Shown: one piece after another, positions 17,301-26,388 of the stretch
Numbering within the stretch: position 1 is the first letter of the stretch
Layout of the letters: each line of letters starts with the position of its first letter
From: an uncultured Chloroflexia bacterium
GTDB lineage: Bacteria > Chloroflexota > Limnocylindria > Limnocylindrales > CSP1-4
Direction of reading: 5' to 3'
Assembly (NCBI GenBank): GCA_963707215.1
Contig: CAVPPB010000003.1
Location: 736,001 to 800,000, forward strand
Length of the DNA: 64,000 nt
Position numbers and translations under genes: made by a program
Notes under the pieces: generated by a model
Told to the model about the DNA's origin: nothing
What the model saw: only the letters and a program-made list of their open reading frames with translations
Database searches by the model: none

Positions 17301-20300
17301 CGACCCGGCTGCGACGATCGTGGCCCACGACCTCGACGGGGACGGCGCCCCCGACTCCAGCCAGTTCGACGCGAACGGCGACGGCATCGCCGACATCCTC
17401 CAGCCCGACGACCCGACCGCCGAGCCGGCGACGAACCCCGGCTACCCATGGTTCACCCCGGGCCTGGTCGGCCACCGGCCGCCCACGCCGGCGCTGGACC
17501 TCATCGACGACGGCGGCCTGCCACGCCACGTGGTCGCGAGTGGCCCGCTCGAGGACAACCCCGGCCACGCGGGGCCGCCCGTCGATACGTACGTCTCGCG
17601 GCTCGACTTCAACAAGGTCCTCCACGAGGCCTCGGCGATCCAGCTCCCGGAGGACGGCACCCCGGCGGAGCAGGTCGCCATGGCCTTCCACGCCGGCCCC
17701 GGCGGAGGCGACCCGACCTACGACAGCTTCTTCCCCGACGGTGCACCGGCCACGGGCCCGGACGGGTTCGAGGTGAACGGCTTGCCACCGGTCCGTGGCG
17801 CGCCCTTCGCCGATCCGTGCCGTGCCTTCAACGGCTCAGGGCCCTGGACCCTCGACTACCCCAACGGGACGGTGCGGACGATCAAGGGCGCCAACATCGA
17901 GATGCCGATCGTCCTCAACAAGGTGGGCTGGCACTTCCAGCAGCAGCGCTTCGAGGCGCTCTGGGAGGACGTCGTCCCGACGTTGACGAACGCCCGTGCC
18001 CCGCAGCCGATGATCATGCGGCTCAACAGCACCGACTGTGCCGAGTTCCACCATGCCAACCTGGTGCCGAACGTCTACCAGCTCGACGACTACCAGGTCC
18101 GCACGCCGACCGACATCATCGGCCAGCACATCCACTTGGTGAAGTTCGACGTCATGAGCGCCGACGGGTCGGCCAACGGCTGGAACTACGAGGACGGGAC
18201 CCTCAGCCCGGACGAGGTCCGCGAGCGCATCGACGCTTTCAACAACGGCGGCGGCCTGGTCCAGCTCGACGGCACCACGACGACGGCGCTCGCGCCGGAG
18301 GCCCATCCGTACTTCGGAGCGACCGGCCCGGACGACCAGGACTGGCGCGGCGCCCGGACCACCGTCCAGCGCTGGTACGCCGACCCGCTCCTCGAGCGAG
18401 CCTGGGACGGTGGCGTGGGCACCGTCTTCACCCACGACCACTACGGCCCGTCCACGCACCAGCAGGTGGGCCTCTACTCGACCCTGCTCGTCGAGCCGAA
18501 GGGCTCGACCTGGCGCCACAACGAGACGGGCCAGGCCCTCGGGACCAGGGCGGACGGAGGTCCCACGACCTGGCAGGCGATCATCCAGCCGGGGACCGGA
18601 GCGAGTGACGCCAGGTTCAAGCCCCACCGCGAGTTCTACTTCGAGTTCGCCGACTTCCAGCACGCCTACGAGCGGAACGGCGGCGCCCTGGGAGCCCAGC
18701 CGAACGAGGCCGTCCTCGGCCCGGCCGAGACGATCCCGTCGTACGCGGACTTCGACGACGCCATCAACCCATCGTTCCGGCTGCCGCCGCCGGACCCGGC
18801 CGACATCTACATCCACCCGAACTACTGCCCAGGCACGACCTTCGACGCGGCCGGCAACCCCCTCAACGTCGTGGCCCGACCATGCCCCGAGGCGATCTCG
18901 GCCGACGACCCGGGCACGTATGCCCTGAACTTCCGCAACGAGCCGATCGGCCTGCGGGTCTTCAACGGCCAGGTCGGCCCGGGCGCCGGCCAGTCGCCCG
19001 GCCTCGCCGGCGACATCGCCCACGCCTACCAGTCACGGACGGACCGGGCGATCCCCGAGCTGAACGTCCAGCCCGAGACGAACGGCATCTCCCCATACCC
19101 GCCGCTGACCGCCGACGTCCAGCCCGGCGATCCGTGGACCCCGATGCTCCGGGTCTACATGGGCGACGACGTCCGGATCCGGGTCCAGGTGGGCGCCCAC
19201 GAGGAGGAGCACAACTTCACCATCCCCGGGCTCAAGTGGAAGCAGGAGCCCAACAGCGAGAACTCGGGCTGGAAGAACAGCGAGTTCTTCGGCATCGACG
19301 AGTACTTCAACCTCGACGTGCCGATCGTCCCCGACACCGGCTCCGGCACCCCGGCCCGGGTCGACTACATCTACACGGTCGGCGCCGAGCTCGAGGGCAT
19401 GTGGAACGGCGTCTGGGGCGTCCTCCGCAGCTACAGCAGCCAGCGAAACGACCTGGTGGAGCTGCCGAGCAACGACGTGGGCCGCAACGGCTACGTCATC
19501 ACCAACGACGCAGACTTCGACGGGATCTGTCCGACGACGGCACCGGTGGCCTCGTTCGACGTGACGGCCGTCCGGGCCGTCGACGTCCTGGACCCGGTCC
19601 AGGGCCTCGTCTACAACGAGCGGCTGACGACGCTCCGCGCACCGCTCGGCGGCGTCAACGGACAGGGCCCGCTCATCGACCCGACAGCGCTGATGTACGT
19701 GCTCGACCAGGACCTGGTCCGCGACGCGACCGGGGCCCCGACGGGCTTGAAGCCGGGCACTCCGATCGAGCCGCTCATCCTGCGGGTGAACGCGGGCGAC
19801 TGCGTCCTCGTGGACCTCACGAACGCGCTCCCGCCTGACCTGTCCGGGACCGAGATGCCCGGCCTCAACGCCCTGCCGCCCATCGTCCAGAAGGACGTCG
19901 ACGTGGCGGTCCCCGGCGTCGGCGGGATCCTGACCTTCAACAGCAATGACCTCACCCCCTCGAGCAAGGTCGGCCTGACACCGCAGCTGCTCGCCTTCGA
20001 CCCGCGGACCGACGGCGGGTTCAGCACGGGACTCACCACCGGCCGGCTCGTCGAGCCGGGTGCCACCGGCCGCTACCGCTGGTACGCCGGTGACGTGACG
20101 GTGGCCAACGCCGGTGTCCAGGGCAACCGAACCAGGTTCACCCTGTCGGCCAGCCCGGTCGAGTTCGGGGCCACCGGCCTCATGCCCGCCGACCGGATCA
20201 AGGGCGACGAGAACGGCTTCGTCGGCGCGCTCATCGTCGAGCCGCAGGATTCGTGCTGGATCGCCGACCCGGGCACCCGGGCCCAGGCCACGGTCTGGAA

Positions 20301-23181
20301 GGGGGCCAGGGACGGAGGTGGCGGGACCCTGACCGACGCGTGCCCCGCCCCACCGGCCAGCTCCACGGACAGCTTCCGTGACTTCGTCACGATCATGCAG
20401 AACGGCATCAACCTGCGCTACGGCGGGACGGTGGAGGTCCTCGACGCGCTCGGCAACGTCGTCCAGACGATCGACTGCGCCGCGGACCCGTCCCCGATGC
20501 AGTGCGCCGTCCCGATGATCGCCGCCGAGGGCCCGCTCGGGCCGACCGAGGACCCGCAGGACTCCGGCCAGAAGGCGATCAACTACGGCGCCGACCCGCC
20601 CTGGTTCCGCCTGGGCATCACCCCGGACACCCCGTTCGGGGCGATCCATCGCGACCCGGCGCTCAAGGACACCATCCCGGAGGTCTTCTCCAGCTTCCTC
20701 GACATCGGGGACGGCCTGGGCCAGGCCGGCGATCCACAGACCGAGGTCTTCCGGGCCAGCCCGAACGGGCCGGAGTACGGCCGGTTCCGGGTCGTCATGC
20801 CCGGCGGCCACGCTCGCGGCGTCACCTATACGCTGCACGGCCACCAGTGGCAGCGCCAGCCGTACCTCAACGGCTCCAGCGAGATCGGCCACAGCCCTGT
20901 CTCCGAGTACTACGGGACCCAGGAGGGCATCAACCCGACCGGCCACTGGGACTTCGTGGCCGACCTCGGCGGCGGGTTCGACGTCGCCGGCGACTACCTC
21001 TGGCGGGACCAGGCATCGTTCGGCAGCTTCCAGGGCCTCTGGGGCCTGCTCCGCTTCGACCAGACCGAACCCGTCGCGCCCGACACGGGTGTCACGCTGC
21101 CCAAGTACACGTTCGTCGACCTCGACCTCCTCGCGGGGGCGTTCGACCTCGACGGGCTCATCGGGGCCAGCGTCCAGATCGTCGGCGGGCCGTCGTTCGG
21201 CGCCCTCGTCGACCCGGAGGGCGATGGCACCTACCGCTACACGTCCACGGACTGGCCGGCCTGCGCCGACGCGTTCGCCTGCCAGGACAGCTTCACCTAC
21301 ACCATCACGGACGGGACCGGGTCGGTCTCGGCTGCCGGCACCGTGGTGCTCACCATCACGAACACCGCCCCCGTGGCGAACAACGACACCATCATCATCA
21401 AGGCACCGTTCACCGGCGGCTCCGTGGACGTGCTCCTCAACGACCTCGACGCCGAGGGCGATCTCGACCCGGCTCGCGACCCGGTCGTGGAGCCGTTCGG
21501 CCAGCCGGTCGATCGGCGCGGCAACCCCGTCGGCTCGATCGCCGACGCGGTCGTCGACGCGGACGGCCGAACGGTCACCTACACGCCGCCGGCTGGATGG
21601 TCGGGCGTCGCCCTGATCCAGTACAAGGTCACCGACGAGTCCGGAGCGGTCTCGAACACGGCCCTCATCCGGGCGGCCGTGAACGTCGACGACATCACCA
21701 TCACGAGCGCCCGCTACCAGCCCGCCAACCAGCGCTGGTCGATCTCGGGCACCTGCAACACGCCGTTCGAGCCGGGCACCAGCACGCCCACGACGATCGA
21801 GATCTTCTCCGGTCCCACGATCGAAGGGACGCCCCCGGTGATCGGGACGGCCACCTGCATCCCGGGCGACCCGGTCGGGACCTGGAGCTTCAGCGGCACG
21901 TCGACCGTGCCGGCGCCGGACCCGAACGCCTTCAACTACGTGAGCGCCGAATCCGCCCTCCAGGGTTTCTACGAGGGCTTCCCGCTCACCTTCGCCGGCC
22001 AGAACAACGCGCCGGTCGCCACGAACGACGTCTACACCACGGACGAGGACACGACGCTCACCGGGAACGTCCTCGCCAACGACAGCGACGCGGACTTCGA
22101 CCCGCTGACCGCGGCCCTGGTCACCGGGCCCGCGCACGGGACGCTGGCGCTCGCCCCGACCGGAGGCTTCACGTACGAACCCGACCCGGACTACGCGGGC
22201 ACCGACAGCTTCACCTACCAGGCCAGCGACGGGCAGGACCAGTCGGCCGTCGCCTCGGTCGACATCACGATCACCGCCGTCAACGACGCGCCACGGGCCG
22301 TCGACGACACGTACGTCACCGATGCCGGGGTGCCGCTGAGCGTCCCCGCCCCCGGCATCCTATCCAACGACAGCGACGTCGAGGGCGACCCGTTCACGCT
22401 CGACACGACGCCGCTGAGCGATCCGGCCAACGGGATCGTCGCCCTGAACGGCGACGGCTCGTTCACCTACACCCCGGCGGTGGGCTTCAGCGGCACCGAC
22501 TCCTTCGTGTACCGCATCTGCGAAGACCTCGGCGGTCCGAGCGAGCTCTGCGGCACGGCGACGGTCACGATCGCCGTCGGGGTGAACAGCGCCCCCACGG
22601 CGAACGACGACGCCGGCTACACGACCGCGCAGAACACGACCCTGAACGTCGGCGGTCCGGGCGTGCTCGGCAACGACACCGATCCCGACAACGACCCCCT
22701 CGTCGTCGCATCGGTCAATGGCGTCGCGACCAACGTCGGCGCCGCCGTGGCCCTGCCCTCGGGCAGCACCGTCACCGTCCAGGCGAACGGGTCGTTCACC
22801 TACGTCCCGCGCTTCAACTTCGTCGGCAACGACTCCTTCACGTACGTCGCCGGCGATGTCCCGGCCGGCGCCCTCTCGCACACGGCCACCGTGACCGTCG
22901 CCGTGAAGGACACGGTGACGATCACCAGCGCCAGCTACCGGCAACGCCAGGGCCGCTGGCAGGTCCAGGGCACGGTCTCGAACACGACCAGTCGCGTGGA
23001 CGTGTACCTGAACCGCGTCGCGCCGGCGGACCTGCTCGGGGCGGCGAATGTCGACGCGATCGACGGGAGCTGGTCGCTCAGCGGCGTGCTCGGGAAGACC
23101 CCAGGGGTGGGCGACACGGTCATCGCCGTCTCCTCCGGCCGGGGCGAATCGGCTCCATTCCCGGTGTCGATCAGACGGTAG
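14353..23181 (+). CDS. giant MnxG-type multicopper oxidase with N-terminal His-rich membrane domain, acidic 17-aa repeats and C-terminal Ig-like (Big_9/tandem-95) repeats
   Basis: HHIFHLHAH (16921), HCHFYPHFAQGM (17086), HIH (18127), HDH (18433) in the permuted MnxG order. Repeats of AP.A.ND...VL.NDSD...G.FTY.P...G.DSFTY. GGAGG RBS before ATG 14353. Confidence 0.88.
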   Translation: MDRLRAVPVRAVRARARAAAPPDPRRRRSAATAPMSRSIRPLAFLVAAVAIALGGIGTAHEYHHELHEHHELPPILHFGRDAALALPFAVVAVLAATVLCLAVLRHGRSAATSIGLRLLWALSAAGVFAALSIPGNELHGRLFAAEHTLELGWLEHALRDAGFVFAGSAIAAALVAVTIGPPWPTRRLAAWPRASRPSAGLLVPVARRVGAAFLGLAVLASPMLPFPTPAFVPPVEAVEPGVAAECVRTVTADVVALDQPFYYNRLGAINANGMIYALARDVVVNAGVAGLAGRPLSELTDAERETVDGQVSLRADKRPRPLTLRVNEGDCLAIHFTNLLDPVGFIFDLPADFPTDPILGLGVPINQQVDNQPLTRVASIHVDGLELVNGIADDGSRVGRNPAGSSVVAPGFSTDYTYYAPDKGTHLLYSMGTTLGAEGDGGTRSYGLFGAVNVEPGPTGTFPGSLWYRSQLTRQEMDWATPPETFTDWNANGTWDAGIAEPLTDWNENGVQDNGIAEPLTDWNENGVQDNGIAEPLTDWNENGVQDNGIAEPFTDVDGGTPGVYDLGEPFTDWNESGAWDASVDEPFTDWNESGAWDASVDEPFTDWNESGAWDASVDEPFTDWNESGAWDASVDEPLVDTNGDGIWNAHQATPGGQPILDYFATYPLEAGPAKAGLPILSILTPDLEIIHSDLNAIVDDRGFPYPDNQAYPNRGEEPFREFTVIFHDEGVGVQAFPGFYNDPVLRHTLHGVVDAFPINYGSGGIGSEIIANRLGVGPMWDCAECKYEEFFLTSFTVGDPAMIVDVPANTTDAAGAIIPGPKATKALFPDDPSNVHHAYLGDRVVFRNLHAGPKEHHIFHLHAHQWQFNPDDPQSNYLDGQAVGPGSGYTYEIAYGGSGNRNLTPGDSIFHCHFYPHFAQGMWELWRVHDTFEPGTLMETDPTDGLPWPADGARALPDGEIVRGTPIPGVVPMPGTPMAPIPDPAATIVAHDLDGDGAPDSSQFDANGDGIADILQPDDPTAEPATNPGYPWFTPGLVGHRPPTPALDLIDDGGLPRHVVASGPLEDNPGHAGPPVDTYVSRLDFNKVLHEASAIQLPEDGTPAEQVAMAFHAGPGGGDPTYDSFFPDGAPATGPDGFEVNGLPPVRGAPFADPCRAFNGSGPWTLDYPNGTVRTIKGANIEMPIVLNKVGWHFQQQRFEALWEDVVPTLTNARAPQPMIMRLNSTDCAEFHHANLVPNVYQLDDYQVRTPTDIIGQHIHLVKFDVMSADGSANGWNYEDGTLSPDEVRERIDAFNNGGGLVQLDGTTTTALAPEAHPYFGATGPDDQDWRGARTTVQRWYADPLLERAWDGGVGTVFTHDHYGPSTHQQVGLYSTLLVEPKGSTWRHNETGQALGTRADGGPTTWQAIIQPGTGASDARFKPHREFYFEFADFQHAYERNGGALGAQPNEAVLGPAETIPSYADFDDAINPSFRLPPPDPADIYIHPNYCPGTTFDAAGNPLNVVARPCPEAISADDPGTYALNFRNEPIGLRVFNGQVGPGAGQSPGLAGDIAHAYQSRTDRAIPELNVQPETNGISPYPPLTADVQPGDPWTPMLRVYMGDDVRIRVQVGAHEEEHNFTIPGLKWKQEPNSENSGWKNSEFFGIDEYFNLDVPIVPDTGSGTPARVDYIYTVGAELEGMWNGVWGVLRSYSSQRNDLVELPSNDVGRNGYVITNDADFDGICPTTAPVASFDVTAVRAVDVLDPVQGLVYNERLTTLRAPLGGVNGQGPLIDPTALMYVLDQDLVRDATGAPTGLKPGTPIEPLILRVNAGDCVLVDLTNALPPDLSGTEMPGLNALPPIVQKDVDVAVPGVGGILTFNSNDLTPSSKVGLTPQLLAFDPRTDGGFSTGLTTGRLVEPGATGRYRWYAGDVTVANAGVQGNRTRFTLSASPVEFGATGLMPADRIKGDENGFVGALIVEPQDSCWIADPGTRAQATVWKGARDGGGGTLTDACPAPPASSTDSFRDFVTIMQNGINLRYGGTVEVLDALGNVVQTIDCAADPSPMQCAVPMIAAEGPLGPTEDPQDSGQKAINYGADPPWFRLGITPDTPFGAIHRDPALKDTIPEVFSSFLDIGDGLGQAGDPQTEVFRASPNGPEYGRFRVVMPGGHARGVTYTLHGHQWQRQPYLNGSSEIGHSPVSEYYGTQEGINPTGHWDFVADLGGGFDVAGDYLWRDQASFGSFQGLWGLLRFDQTEPVAPDTGVTLPKYTFVDLDLLAGAFDLDGLIGASVQIVGGPSFGALVDPEGDGTYRYTSTDWPACADAFACQDSFTYTITDGTGSVSAAGTVVLTITNTAPVANNDTIIIKAPFTGGSVDVLLNDLDAEGDLDPARDPVVEPFGQPVDRRGNPVGSIADAVVDADGRTVTYTPPAGWSGVALIQYKVTDESGAVSNTALIRAAVNVDDITITSARYQPANQRWSISGTCNTPFEPGTSTPTTIEIFSGPTIEGTPPVIGTATCIPGDPVGTWSFSGTSTVPAPDPNAFNYVSAESALQGFYEGFPLTFAGQNNAPVATNDVYTTDEDTTLTGNVLANDSDADFDPLTAALVTGPAHGTLALAPTGGFTYEPDPDYAGTDSFTYQASDGQDQSAVASVDITITAVNDAPRAVDDTYVTDAGVPLSVPAPGILSNDSDVEGDPFTLDTTPLSDPANGIVALNGDGSFTYTPAVGFSGTDSFVYRICEDLGGPSELCGTATVTIAVGVNSAPTANDDAGYTTAQNTTLNVGGPGVLGNDTDPDNDPLVVASVNGVATNVGAAVALPSGSTVTVQANGSFTYVPRFNFVGNDSFTYVAGDVPAGALSHTATVTVAVKDTVTITSASYRQRQGRWQVQGTVSNTTSRVDVYLNRVAPADLLGAANVDAIDGSWSLSGVLGKTPGVGDTVIAVSSGRGESAPFPVSIRR
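15802..16300 (+). repeat. in-frame 51-bp tandem repeats (3x GIAEPLTDWNENGVQDN at 15844-15996; 4x EPFTDWNESGAWDASVD at 16057-16260, plus degenerate flanking units)
   Basis: Copies within each block are identical at nucleotide level; period 51 = 17 codons. Confidence 0.95.
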
Positions 23182-23275
23182 CGACTGTGCGAACCTAGGC
23201 GGGACGGACGTGGGCCGCGTCGAGAGACCGGCCCACGTCACTGCCCTTGGGGCACGCGAGCGAGTGGGAGGACGC

Positions 23276-25303
23276 ATGCAGGCGACGGGCGAACGGCATC
23301 CGGGCTGGCTTCTGCCGGTCCTGGCCGCCCTCGCCCTGGTCCTCTCCGGCTGCTCGATCCTGTCGGGCACCGTGCCGGCGGAGCATGCCCACGAGCCCGG
23401 CACCGAGGACGTGGAGCACACCCACGGCCCCGGGACCGACGAGGGTGAGCACGCCGGTGAGGGCGCCGTGGACCTGGACCATCACGGCAACCCGGTCTAC
23501 GGGGAGGACGAGCGCGTCTACGAGACGGTGACCACCGGCGGCGTGACCGTCGAATTCACCGTCGAGAACTTCATCGGCGTCGGCGGCCGGGGTGGCGAGG
23601 TGGCACCGAGGCTCGTCGAGGGCGAGCACGCCAACCTCCAGTTCCACGTGACCGATGCCTCGACCGGCGCCCCCGTTCCGGATCTGGCGCCCGCCGTCTG
23701 GGTCGACGTCGCCGGTGGCGACGCGGACTGCTCGGCGCGGGTGGCCGGCTATCGGTCCGGGGCGCTGGACCGGCGACCGTTGGTCGACCTCAACAGCTAC
23801 TTCATCCTGGCCATGAACCGGGACAACACCATCTCGGTCCTCGATCCGACGGTCGACGTCGCCGGGATGACCAACCTCTTCTCGGTGATCCTGCTGCAGG
23901 CGGACCCGGGGGACTGGGCGCTGGACCCCGAAGGTGACCGGCTGTTCGTGACGCTGCCGTCGCTCGACAAGATCGCCGTCATCGACACGGAAGGGTTCAT
24001 GGTCGAGGACCACGTCGACCTGCCGGGCACCCCGACCCACATCGCCATGGAACCCGGCGGGGCACGGGCCTGGGTCAGCCTCGCCGGCGATGACGGGCTG
24101 GCCATCATCGATGTCGGGACGCTGGCGAGCGAGCGGCTCGAGGGAGCGGTCGCCACGGCTGCGGCCTTCGGGAGCGATGGGCGAGCCCTGGTCGGCACAC
24201 CTCGTGGCGTGTCCATCCGGGACATCGGGACCCTGGCCGAGCTCGGCCGGGTCGACCTGCCCGGGACTCCGGCGACCATCGCGGTCGGTCCGACCGGCGA
24301 CGCGTACGTCGCCCAGCCCGATGCCGGGCTCGTCTCGGTCCTCGGGCCGGACGGGACGGAGCGGGCGCGTATCGCGACCGGCCGGGGGGTGACCGCGGTG
24401 GCCATCTCGCCCGACGGACGCTGGGCCGTCGCCGCCGATCCCAGCGCCGATGCGGTGTACCTCATCGAGACCGCGACGGACCGGATGACCCACGTGATCC
24501 CGGTCAGGGGCTCGCCCGACCTGGTGACCTTCACCTCGACGTCCGCTTACGTGCACACCCCCGACTCACCGTCGATCACCGTCATCCCGCTGGCCGAGAT
24601 CGACCCGACCGGCGACGTGGGGGTCCTCACCGTCCCGATCGGGGACCGGCCCGCCGGCTCCACGGGCGCTCCGACCATCGGCGGGGCGCTCGCGCCGACG
24701 CCGAACGGGGCAGCCATGCTCATCCCAAACCCGGCCGACGACACCGTCTACTTCTACACCGAGGGGTCGAAGTCGGCCCTCGGGGGCTTCCAGGGTCACA
24801 CGCTGGAGCCGCGTGCGGTCCAGGTCGTCGACCGGAGCCTCCGCCAGCCCTCACCGGGCGTCTACACCGGCAGCATCCGGATCCCCCAGGGCAAGGACTT
24901 CGTCGTGGCCTTCCAGCTCGCGGACCGGAAGCTGACCCATTGCTTCGAGTTCTCGGCCCGGGCGACCGAACGACCGCTCGACGACCCGGCAGCCCGGCCG
25001 GAGATCGAGGTCCTCACGGCCGACGGATCGTTCGTCGCCGGCTCCCCGGTCGCCTATCGGTTCCGGCTGGCGACGGCCGACGGACGACCGATCGCGGAGC
25101 TGAGCGACCTCAGCACCCTGGCCGTCGGCACGGCCACCGGGTGGAGGGATCGCTTCGCGGCCGTCCACGTCGGCGACGGCGTCTACGAGGCCACCCTCCA
25201 GCTGCCGGCACCCGGCTACTACCAGCTCTTCTTCGCGGTGCCGTCCATCGGGGTCGGCTACGCCGACCTGCCGTCGCGATCGGTCAAGGTGGCTCCGGGC
25301 TGA
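23276..25303 (+). CDS. lipoprotein with YncE/cytochrome-D1-type beta-propeller and C-terminal YtkA/FixH-like domain (Mnx accessory-like)
   Basis: Lipobox LVLSGC; His-rich N-terminus; DLNSYFILAMNRDNTISVLDP; propeller blades (AISPDGRW); GVYEATL..PAPGYY; directly follows the oxidase. Confidence 0.78.
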   Translation: MQATGERHPGWLLPVLAALALVLSGCSILSGTVPAEHAHEPGTEDVEHTHGPGTDEGEHAGEGAVDLDHHGNPVYGEDERVYETVTTGGVTVEFTVENFIGVGGRGGEVAPRLVEGEHANLQFHVTDASTGAPVPDLAPAVWVDVAGGDADCSARVAGYRSGALDRRPLVDLNSYFILAMNRDNTISVLDPTVDVAGMTNLFSVILLQADPGDWALDPEGDRLFVTLPSLDKIAVIDTEGFMVEDHVDLPGTPTHIAMEPGGARAWVSLAGDDGLAIIDVGTLASERLEGAVATAAAFGSDGRALVGTPRGVSIRDIGTLAELGRVDLPGTPATIAVGPTGDAYVAQPDAGLVSVLGPDGTERARIATGRGVTAVAISPDGRWAVAADPSADAVYLIETATDRMTHVIPVRGSPDLVTFTSTSAYVHTPDSPSITVIPLAEIDPTGDVGVLTVPIGDRPAGSTGAPTIGGALAPTPNGAAMLIPNPADDTVYFYTEGSKSALGGFQGHTLEPRAVQVVDRSLRQPSPGVYTGSIRIPQGKDFVVAFQLADRKLTHCFEFSARATERPLDDPAARPEIEVLTADGSFVAGSPVAYRFRLATADGRPIAELSDLSTLAVGTATGWRDRFAAVHVGDGVYEATLQLPAPGYYQLFFAVPSIGVGYADLPSRSVKVAPG

Positions 25304-25437
25304 CCCGCCCAGGGCAGGACAGCCGGATCCGCGGGTCCAGCCGCGACCGAGCGCACCGGGGCCCGTCATCGCTGCTCCGGAGGCGATCCCCGGTCGAGGC
25401 TGGCGCAGCCAGGCCGGCCCGTGCGACGATGCGGGAT

Positions 25438-26388
25438 ATGGCGATGACCGCCCGGATCTCGCGACGGTCCCACCGACACGGGGAGGTCTTCCGGCGAGCG
25501 CTGCAGCGGGAGGTCGCCCGGCTGCGTGAGCCCAGGCGGATCGTCGCGATGGTCCTGCTCGTGCTGGCCTTCGCGGTGGCGATGGCCGGGCTGTACGCCC
25601 GCGGCGAGCAGGCAGGGGCGGACGCACGGGCATACTGGGCCGGGGTCCGACTCTGGCTCGGGGGTGGCGATCCGTACGATCCCACGGGGCCGTTCCTGCC
25701 CTACGTCTACGCGCCCTGGATGCTGCCGCTCTTCCTCCCCTGGGCCCTGCTGCCGTGGGAGGTCGCCTGGTTCGCGTGGCGAGTCGGCACGATCCTGGCC
25801 CTGCTCTGGACCGTCGAGTGGGCGTACCGCCGGCGGCCTCTGGCGACCGCCGTCGTCATCGCGCTGCTGCTGATCCCGTTCATGGCCAACCTCGACACCG
25901 GCAACATCAACCTCCAGCTGACCCTGGCCCTCTGGGCCGCCCAGTTCGCCGGGCCGGTCACAGCCGGCGCGCTGTGGGCCCTGGCGACCTGGATGAAGTG
26001 GGTGCCGGCGCCCTTCTGGCTGATCCTCGCGCCGCGGGCCCGCGGATGGGGCCTGATCTGGCTCGCCCTGGCCGCGGTCCTGAGCCTGATCATGCTGCCG
26101 CTCACGATCCTCCAGCTCCAGGCCATCTTCGGCTTCGGTCCGCGGCCGCTCCGTCTCGACTACCTGGTCTTCCTATGGGCGCTGGTGCCCTGGGTCTGGC
26201 GCCATCCCGATCCGCTCTGGTGGCTGCGGCCGTCGAGCTGGCCCGGCCTGCGCGACCGGGTGGCGACGAACCTGCGGACCTGGCGCTGGCGCCTTGCCGA
26301 CGATCGCCGGGGCGCGCTCAGGATCGCCGCCGGCGATCTGCGAACGGGCTTCCGTCGGCTCGTCGGCCTGGATGTAGAGGACCGCTAG
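25438..26388 (+). CDS. GT87-like (GT-C) polyprenol-phosphate glycosyltransferase
   Basis: DARAYW..G.DPY...PYVYAP motif, GNIN, MKWVP; multiple TM segments. Start uncertain (25429/25438/25444). Confidence 0.75.
   Translation: MAMTARISRRSHRHGEVFRRALQREVARLREPRRIVAMVLLVLAFAVAMAGLYARGEQAGADARAYWAGVRLWLGGGDPYDPTGPFLPYVYAPWMLPLFLPWALLPWEVAWFAWRVGTILALLWTVEWAYRRRPLATAVVIALLLIPFMANLDTGNINLQLTLALWAAQFAGPVTAGALWALATWMKWVPAPFWLILAPRARGWGLIWLALAAVLSLIMLPLTILQLQAIFGFGPRPLRLDYLVFLWALVPWVWRHPDPLWWLRPSSWPGLRDRVATNLRTWRWRLADDRRGALRIAAGDLRTGFRRLVGLDVEDR

Noticed and set aside
14458-22137. Long antisense ORFs (1077 aa, 1034 aa) opposite the oxidase, and similar ones opposite cphA, metH and lhr
   Set aside because: Typical stop-poor shadow frames of high-GC3 genes; no motifs.
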